From positions 78,134 through 142,133 of the forward strand of contig DASZZD010000013.1 in NCBI GenBank assembly GCA_035545015.1: a stretch of 64,000 nt of DNA, read 5' to 3'. The notes under the pieces were generated by a model. The model was not told where the DNA came from. It did no database searches and was given only the letters and a program-made list of their open reading frames with translations. The position numbers and the translations under genes are program-made. This document shows, one piece after another, positions 58,419 through 64,000 of this stretch. The DNA is from Phycisphaerae bacterium (GTDB lineage: Bacteria > Planctomycetota > Phycisphaerae > WQYP01). How positions within the stretch are numbered: the stretch's first letter is position 1; each line of letters starts with the position of its first letter.

Positions 58419-59318
58419 ATGCCCTTCCTTAACTATCACCACCTCATGTATTTCTGGACCGTCGCCCGCGAGGGCGGCGTCGCCCGCGCCGCCGAAAAGC
58501 TCCACCTCTCCAGCCCCACCATCTCCGCGCAGATCCACGAACTCGAAGACATGCTCGGTGACAAGCTCTTCGAACGCCGCGGCCGCTCCCTCGTGCTCAC
58601 CGAGATCGGCCAGATGGCCTATAAATATGCCGACGACATTTTCATGCTCGGACGCGAACTCCTCGATGCCGTCAAGGTCGGGCCCGAAGCACGGCCCCGC
58701 AAGCTCGCCGTGGGCATCGCCGACGCCATGCCCAAGCTCGTGTCCGTCGCGCTCCTCGAACCCGCCCTGGCCCTCGAGCCCGCCTGCGCGGTCGTCGCCA
58801 CGGAGGACAAAATCGACGCACTCCTCGTCGAGCTCGCCACCTATCGCATTGACCTGATCCTCTCGGATACCCCCATCGGCGCCGGATCCCAGTTGCGCGC
58901 TTACAATCATTTGCTCGGGGAATCCGGAGTCACCTTCTTCGGCGGAAAGAACCTGGTCGCCAAGTACAGCAAGGATTTTCCACGCTGCCTCGACGGGGCC
59001 CCGCTCTTTCTCCCCACCCGAAACACCTCCCTCCGCCGCTCACTCGATCAATACTTTGACGCCAACGGCATTCATCCGCGCATTCTTGGAGAGTTCGAGG
59101 ACGCCGCCCTCCTGCAGGCCTTCGGACAGACCGGCCGGGCCCTGTTTCCCGCATCCGCGCTCGTCGAGGAGGAAGTCTGCCGGCAAAACGCCGTGAAGGT
59201 CATCGGCCGCCTCGATGGCGTCCGCGAACGCTTCTACGCCATCAGCCCCGAACGAAAACTCAAACATCCCGCCGTCGTCGCCATTTGCGCCGCGGCTCGC
59301 GGTGATTTTTTCCGCTAA
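58419..59318 (+). CDS. LysR-family transcriptional regulator (NhaR-like)
   Basis: N-terminal HTH LNYHHLMYFWTVAREGGVARAAEKLHLSSPTISAQIHELE closely resembles the NhaR N-terminus. ggagg RBS. Confidence 0.85.
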   Translation: MPFLNYHHLMYFWTVAREGGVARAAEKLHLSSPTISAQIHELEDMLGDKLFERRGRSLVLTEIGQMAYKYADDIFMLGRELLDAVKVGPEARPRKLAVGIADAMPKLVSVALLEPALALEPACAVVATEDKIDALLVELATYRIDLILSDTPIGAGSQLRAYNHLLGESGVTFFGGKNLVAKYSKDFPRCLDGAPLFLPTRNTSLRRSLDQYFDANGIHPRILGEFEDAALLQAFGQTGRALFPASALVEEEVCRQNAVKVIGRLDGVRERFYAISPERKLKHPAVVAICAAARGDFFR

Positions 59319-59446
59319 CCGGGGAGCCATATAATGAATGCCATGCTCGCGGATGAACAATTGCAACGGCGGCGGCAGGATTATCGCGTGCGGAGCGAAC
59401 AGTTGGAACGCGCCAAAAGCGATGAGCGGCGACTGGAGAACGTTCT

Positions 59447-60949
59447 ATGTCCAGACTCGATCAATTCCTCGATCGCATTCGCGACGTGCACAACCTGAAC
59501 ATGGCCAACGCCGTCCTGAACTGGGACCAGCGCACCTATATGCCCACTCGCGGCGTCGAGGCGCGCGCCAAACAGCTTGGCACCTTGGCGAAGTTGGCGC
59601 ATGACCTCTTCGTCAGCAGGGAGACCCAGGACCTGCTCGCGGCCGCGGAGGGGGAAATGGCCGGCTATCCCGAAGATTCGCCCCAGCGCGCCATGGTGCG
59701 GGTGGCGCGACGCGACATGGATCGCGCCACCAGGGTGCCCACGCAACTGGTCGTCCGCATGACCGAAACCTGCGCCGTCTCCGAAGAGGTCTGGCAGAAG
59801 GCCCGCGCCGATGATGATTACGCGAGCTTCGCCCCTTGGCTCGAAAAAGTGCTGGAATTGAAGCGCGAAGTGGTGGCGGCGATCGACGCGGGCAAGCCCA
59901 TCTATGATGTGCTCCTCGATGATTTTGAGCCGGACATGACCGGAGCTCTCCTCGACCCGCTCTTTACGCAGTTGAAGAAATTCACGGCCCCGCTGGTGGC
60001 CCGGATTGTCGAGCATGCCGGCCGCGTCTCCGACGCAGTCCTGACGCGCGACTATGATGAAGCCGCCCAGCAGGCCTTTGGCCGCAAAATTCTGACGGCA
60101 TGCGGTTTTCCCTGGGACCGCGGCCGCCTGGATGTGTCCGTGCATCCCTTCTGCACGAACTTCTCGCCCAAGGATGTGCGCATCACCACGCGCTACGAGC
60201 GGAACTGGATGCCCGGCTCCTTGTTCGGCTGCATGCACGAAATGGGGCACGCCTTTTATGAGCTGAATGTCGATCCTGCTTACGAGGGCACGCCGCTGGG
60301 CGGCGGCGTTTCGCTCGGGGTGCACGAAAGCCAGAGCCGGCTGTGGGAGAACATGGTGGGGCGGAGCGTGGAATTCTGGGAGCGGTACTATCCGGAGTTG
60401 CAGGGCGCGTTTCCGGGGCAGCTTCGCGATGTGCCGCTGGATATTTTCTATCGCGCGATCAATCGTGTGACGCCGTCGCTGATTCGCGTCGAGGCGGATG
60501 AAGTGACCTACAACCTGCACATCATCCTGCGATATGAAATGGAGCAGGACCTGCTGAACAAGCGGATTTCGGTGAAGGACGCGCCCGCGTTGTGGAAACA
60601 CAAAATGCGGGAATCGGTGGGAATCGAGCCGCAGACGGACCGCGAGGGGATTCTCCAGGATGTGCACTGGTCCGGCGGCGGCGTGGGATATTTTCCGACA
60701 TACACGCTCGGGAATATTCTCTCGGCGCAGCTTTTTGAAGCGGCGACGGCCGCCGTTCCGACCATTCGCACGGACATCCGCGCGGGGCGGTTTGATGCGT
60801 TGTATGAGTGGCTGCGCGTGAACGTGCATCAGCACGGCAGGCGCTATCAGCCGGCGGAATTGATCCAGCGGGCGACGGGCAAGCCGCTGTCGCTGGAGCC
60901 CTACATGAACTATCTCAAGGGGAAGTTCAGCCGCGTCTATGAGTTGTAG
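59447..60949 (+). CDS. M32-family metallocarboxypeptidase (Taq-type carboxypeptidase)
   Basis: HEMGHAFYE (HExxH), HESQSRLWEN and DRGRLDVSVHPF motifs. Confidence 0.9.
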   Translation: MSRLDQFLDRIRDVHNLNMANAVLNWDQRTYMPTRGVEARAKQLGTLAKLAHDLFVSRETQDLLAAAEGEMAGYPEDSPQRAMVRVARRDMDRATRVPTQLVVRMTETCAVSEEVWQKARADDDYASFAPWLEKVLELKREVVAAIDAGKPIYDVLLDDFEPDMTGALLDPLFTQLKKFTAPLVARIVEHAGRVSDAVLTRDYDEAAQQAFGRKILTACGFPWDRGRLDVSVHPFCTNFSPKDVRITTRYERNWMPGSLFGCMHEMGHAFYELNVDPAYEGTPLGGGVSLGVHESQSRLWENMVGRSVEFWERYYPELQGAFPGQLRDVPLDIFYRAINRVTPSLIRVEADEVTYNLHIILRYEMEQDLLNKRISVKDAPALWKHKMRESVGIEPQTDREGILQDVHWSGGGVGYFPTYTLGNILSAQLFEAATAAVPTIRTDIRAGRFDALYEWLRVNVHQHGRRYQPAELIQRATGKPLSLEPYMNYLKGKFSRVYEL

Positions 60950-61060
60950 CCCGGGGTTGTAACCCGCGGAGCGACGCAGCGGCCGGGCCATCATTGCAAA
61001 TATCCGTCAATCCCTGCAAAAGCTGCAAAAAACTGAAATCACGGAATGTTGCAATAAGCT

Positions 61061-62014
61061 TCAGGTGATCGGCCAGTGGTCGCGCGCTTCGTGCGGCAGG
61101 TGGGCCGGCGGTTCGAGCGGAGGATGCTCCGGAACGTAGCCGCCCGTGCGCTGCGCCAGGCCCATGGCGTCGAAGGGGGCACGGACTTTGACGTCATTGT
61201 CGAAATAGATGAAAACGTCGCGCTGCTTGCGCTTTTTGGCAGGCTTTTCCGACGCGTGGGCGGCATCGGGAGGTTCCCTTCCCGCAAGCCAGGCGTTGAC
61301 GCGCCCGGCCCATTTGTCCAACGCTTCGGGTGTGTAGCCGGAGGTGTAAAGCTGCTCGTCGCCGTGCAGCCGGGCGTACACAAAATCGCTGGTGAGGTCT
61401 TCGAGAAAGGGCCATTTACCGGCGGTGTCGGCGACGACGAGCGCGACATCGTGCTTGCGAAGAAGCGCGATGAATTCGGGGCACTTGAAGGAATCATGGC
61501 GAATTTCCATCGCGTGGCGCAGGGGATGATTGGCGTGTGCTTCGAAAAAGGTGCGGCCGTTCATGAAAGCGGTGTGCTTCTTTCCGAGCCGCGCCGCTTC
61601 CTGGGTATCGCGCGGCAACATTTCGAAGAAAGCTTCTATCTTTTCCGCATCAAAGCGAAAGTTTGGCGGAAACTGCCACAAGATCGGGCCCAGCTTTTCC
61701 CCCAGCGCAAGCAATCCCTGTGAAAAGAAATTCGCCAGCGGCTCCCCGACATCTTTCAGCTTGCGCATGTGCGTGATATAGCGGCTGCCCTTGATGGAAA
61801 ATACGAAATCCTCGGGCGTCTGTTCATACCACGACTTCCAGGAACTGGGCCGCTGGAGCGAGTAAAAAGACCCGTTGATTTCGATGGAATTGAGCTGGCG
61901 AGAGGCGTATTCGAGCTCGCGCTTCTGCGCGAGGTCTTCGGGATAGAAGGTTCCGCGCCAGGGTTTGTAGCGCCAGCCGGAGATGCCGATGCGGGGCACA
62001 CGTTTCGCGGCCAC
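61061..62014 (-). CDS. DUF72 (UPF0759) family protein
   Basis: IGISGWRYKPWRGTFYPE...SIEINGSFYSL is the hallmark DUF72 N-terminus. Confidence 0.85.
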   Translation of the reverse strand: MAAKRVPRIGISGWRYKPWRGTFYPEDLAQKRELEYASRQLNSIEINGSFYSLQRPSSWKSWYEQTPEDFVFSIKGSRYITHMRKLKDVGEPLANFFSQGLLALGEKLGPILWQFPPNFRFDAEKIEAFFEMLPRDTQEAARLGKKHTAFMNGRTFFEAHANHPLRHAMEIRHDSFKCPEFIALLRKHDVALVVADTAGKWPFLEDLTSDFVYARLHGDEQLYTSGYTPEALDKWAGRVNAWLAGREPPDAAHASEKPAKKRKQRDVFIYFDNDVKVRAPFDAMGLAQRTGGYVPEHPPLEPPAHLPHEARDHWPIT

Positions 62015-62024
62015 GGGAGTCCTC

Positions 62025-62411
62025 TCATCGATGCTTTTTGGATGCCGTGTAGCTGGCGGTCACGACGGAATGCAGCCCGCCGCGCGGCGTCCATTCCGTG
62101 GTCACGGTCATCGACCGTGGCTTGAGGGCGCGCACGAGATCGTCAAGAAGCCGATTGGTCACGTCCTCGTAAAAAATTCCGCATTGGCGGAAGGATTGCA
62201 GGTACAGTTTATAGGATTTGAGCTCGACGCAAAGTTTCTCCGGCACGTAGGAAAGTTTAATGGTGCCAAAATCCGGCTGCCCGGTTTTGGGGCAGACCGA
62301 CGTGAATTCCGGGGCGACATGCAGAATCGAGTAATCGCGCCGCGGATGCGGATTCGGAAAGGTTTCCAGAAGGGCGGGCTGCGGCTGGGGAGTGGGAGCC
62401 ATGGGAAGCAT
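62025..62411 (-). CDS. queF: NADPH-dependent 7-cyano-7-deazaguanine reductase QueF (YkvM type)
   Basis: [41 protein letters not shown] is the QueF QH-motif region. Confidence 0.8.
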   Translation of the reverse strand: MLPMAPTPQPQPALLETFPNPHPRRDYSILHVAPEFTSVCPKTGQPDFGTIKLSYVPEKLCVELKSYKLYLQSFRQCGIFYEDVTNRLLDDLVRALKPRSMTVTTEWTPRGGLHSVVTASYTASKKHR

Positions 62412-62491
62412 TCTCGTTGTAAAAAATTCGGCGACGCTGCGGACGTGCAGAGCCCTTTCACGTTCCATTGTAAACCAAACACTATTACAGG

Positions 62492-63220
62492 TCAGGTGCC
62501 CTTCCTGTTCCCCCACAAGTGAACGTGCATGCGCGGCGAGAGGCGATAACTCTTTGCGAGGCACAGCGGAGCGAGATCGCGGGAGCGCGCGGCCAGCGTT
62601 TCGGCGTCCGTGGCCTCGGGCATCAGCAGGATGTCGGCGGGGGGGATGCGTTCGGCCAAAGGAAGGCGTTCGTTCAGAGTCGCAAGGAGTTCTTCCGCTT
62701 CGGTGACATCCTCGGGACGCGTGATCACGAATTTCCACTGGCGGTCACGGATGGCCCCCTCGCGCGCGATCGCCGCCAGAGCCCCCAGGTTGAGGCGCTG
62801 CCGTTCGTGGACCTGCGCAAACCGCCCGTTCTCACGCCGCCACGGCGTCGAGTTCGACAGCTTCGGCGAAATGCTCGCCAGGTCGATCACGCCCCGTTCC
62901 AGCCCGCCCGGCCAGAGCGTCCCCGCCGTTTCCACCGTGATGTGCTTCCCCGCGCGCTTCAGGCCGTGAAGCAGCTCGGGAATCTCTTTGAACATCAAAG
63001 GCTCGCCGCCCGTGACGACCACGTGTGCGCACCGATAACCCAGCACCCGTTCGACGATCCCCTCGACCGGCATGTCATCTCCCTCCGGCTCCCACGAGGC
63101 GTACGGCGTATCGCACCAGGTGCAGCGAAGGTTGCATCCCGACGTGCGCACGAACACCGACGGCATGCCGGTCAGCTTGCCCTCCCCCTGAAGTGAATAA
63201 AAAATTTCCGCAATGCGCAT
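62492..63220 (-). CDS. queE: 7-carboxy-7-deazaguanine synthase QueE (radical SAM)
   Basis: [38 protein letters not shown] has the CxxxCxxC-type radical-SAM cluster motif. Confidence 0.85.
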   Translation of the reverse strand: MRIAEIFYSLQGEGKLTGMPSVFVRTSGCNLRCTWCDTPYASWEPEGDDMPVEGIVERVLGYRCAHVVVTGGEPLMFKEIPELLHGLKRAGKHITVETAGTLWPGGLERGVIDLASISPKLSNSTPWRRENGRFAQVHERQRLNLGALAAIAREGAIRDRQWKFVITRPEDVTEAEELLATLNERLPLAERIPPADILLMPEATDAETLAARSRDLAPLCLAKSYRLSPRMHVHLWGNRKGT

Positions 63221-63301
63221 CACCCCATTGTAGCGGCCTCGAAACCTCGTGGCGTATACTGCGCGGCTTTGTTTCACGGGACGTACGCACAGGAGAGTTG
63301 T

Positions 63302-64000
63302 CATGTCTGGCAATGCAGTGATCGGACAATCGGGCGGGCCCACCGCGGTAATCAATCAAAGCCTCGTCGGGGCCATCGAAGCGCTCACCGCGGCGCAGCA
63401 CCAGGGACGCATCGGAAAAATCCTCGGGGCCAAACACGGCGTCCGCGGCGTCATCCAGAACGAGTTCGTCTCCCTCGACGGCCTCTCGAAAGACCTGCTC
63501 GAGCGCGTCGCCGCGACGCCCTCCTCGGCTCTCGGATCCACACGCGACAAGCCCGACGAAGCCTACTGCCGCAAAATCTTCGAGTCCTTCAAGAAGAACA
63601 ACGTCTCGCACTTTTTTTATATCGGCGGCAACGATTCCGCGGATACCGCACGCATCACCGCCGAAATGGCCGCGGCCGATGGCGTCAACCTCCGTGTCTA
63701 TCACGTTCCCAAAACCATCGACAACGACCTGCGCACGACCGATCACTGCCCCGGCTATGGCAGCGCGGCACGCTTCGTCGCGCTGGCGCACCAGGGCGAC
63801 GATGCCGACAATCGCTCCCTCAAGGGCATCAAAATCAACATCGTCATGGGCCGCGATGCCGGCTGGCTCACGGCCGCCTCCGCGCTCGGGCGATGGGATG
63901 AATCCGATGGCCCCCATCTGATCTACGTGCCAGAGGTCGACTTCAACGAGGATCGCTTCATCGGCGATGTCGACCGCGTCTACACCAAACTCGGGCGCTG
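63302..64000 (+). CDS. pyrophosphate-dependent phosphofructokinase-like (PFK family), N-terminal part; continues past the window end
   Basis: My own translation gives MSGNAVIGQSGGPTAVINQSL...YIGGNDS...KTIDNDL...MGRDAGWL, which are PFK-family motifs. This ORF is not in the supplied track because it has no stop within the window. Confidence 0.65.

Overview
This is a high-GC (about 65-70%) bacterial chromosomal segment of roughly 58 genes. I found no rRNA, tRNA, CRISPR array, transposase or integrase. Many long low-complexity Ala/Gly/Arg/Pro-rich ORFs in the track are antisense artefacts of the real genes and were discarded. The contents, left to right: (1) the 5' part of ispG; (2) a glycan-modification island at 0.8-5.9 kb with two methyltransferases, a GT6 (ABO/alpha-1,3-GalT-like) glycosyltransferase, a GT2 and a CgeB-like glycosyltransferase; (3) an EVE-domain plus ankyrin gene pair; (4) a pfkB-family kinase converging on an isolated nuoM-nuoN pair; (5) a methyltransferase-GT2-DUF2304-polytopic membrane protein operon; (6) gcvT-gcvH, an SDR, a TlpA-like redoxin, an LpxR-like outer-membrane protein with a lipoprotein, dapA, frr, a TPR-GT9 fusion, clpB, and an LMW-PTP-like gene with a GtrB-like GT2; (7) a flagellar cluster of about 18 kb: a TPR protein, an FlgN-like protein, a cytoplasmic histidine kinase and sigma-54 activator, then flgB-flgC-fliE-fliF-fliG-fliH-fliI-fliJ-ylxF-like-fliK-flgD-flgE-flbD; (8) an EpsI-like gene with a 1514-aa TPR giant, an orphan receiver, a 1030-aa secreted protein, tsf, a LysR/NhaR-like regulator, an M32 carboxypeptidase, DUF72-queF-queE, and the start of a PPi-type phosphofructokinase. 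The most unusual feature is a family of short tandem-repeat elements. Two near-complete copies of about 90 bp lie in inverted orientation at 28.4 kb and 46.5 kb, exactly bracketing the flagellar cluster. Partial copies and related heptamer or 16-mer tandem repeats sit at several internal gene junctions of that cluster.
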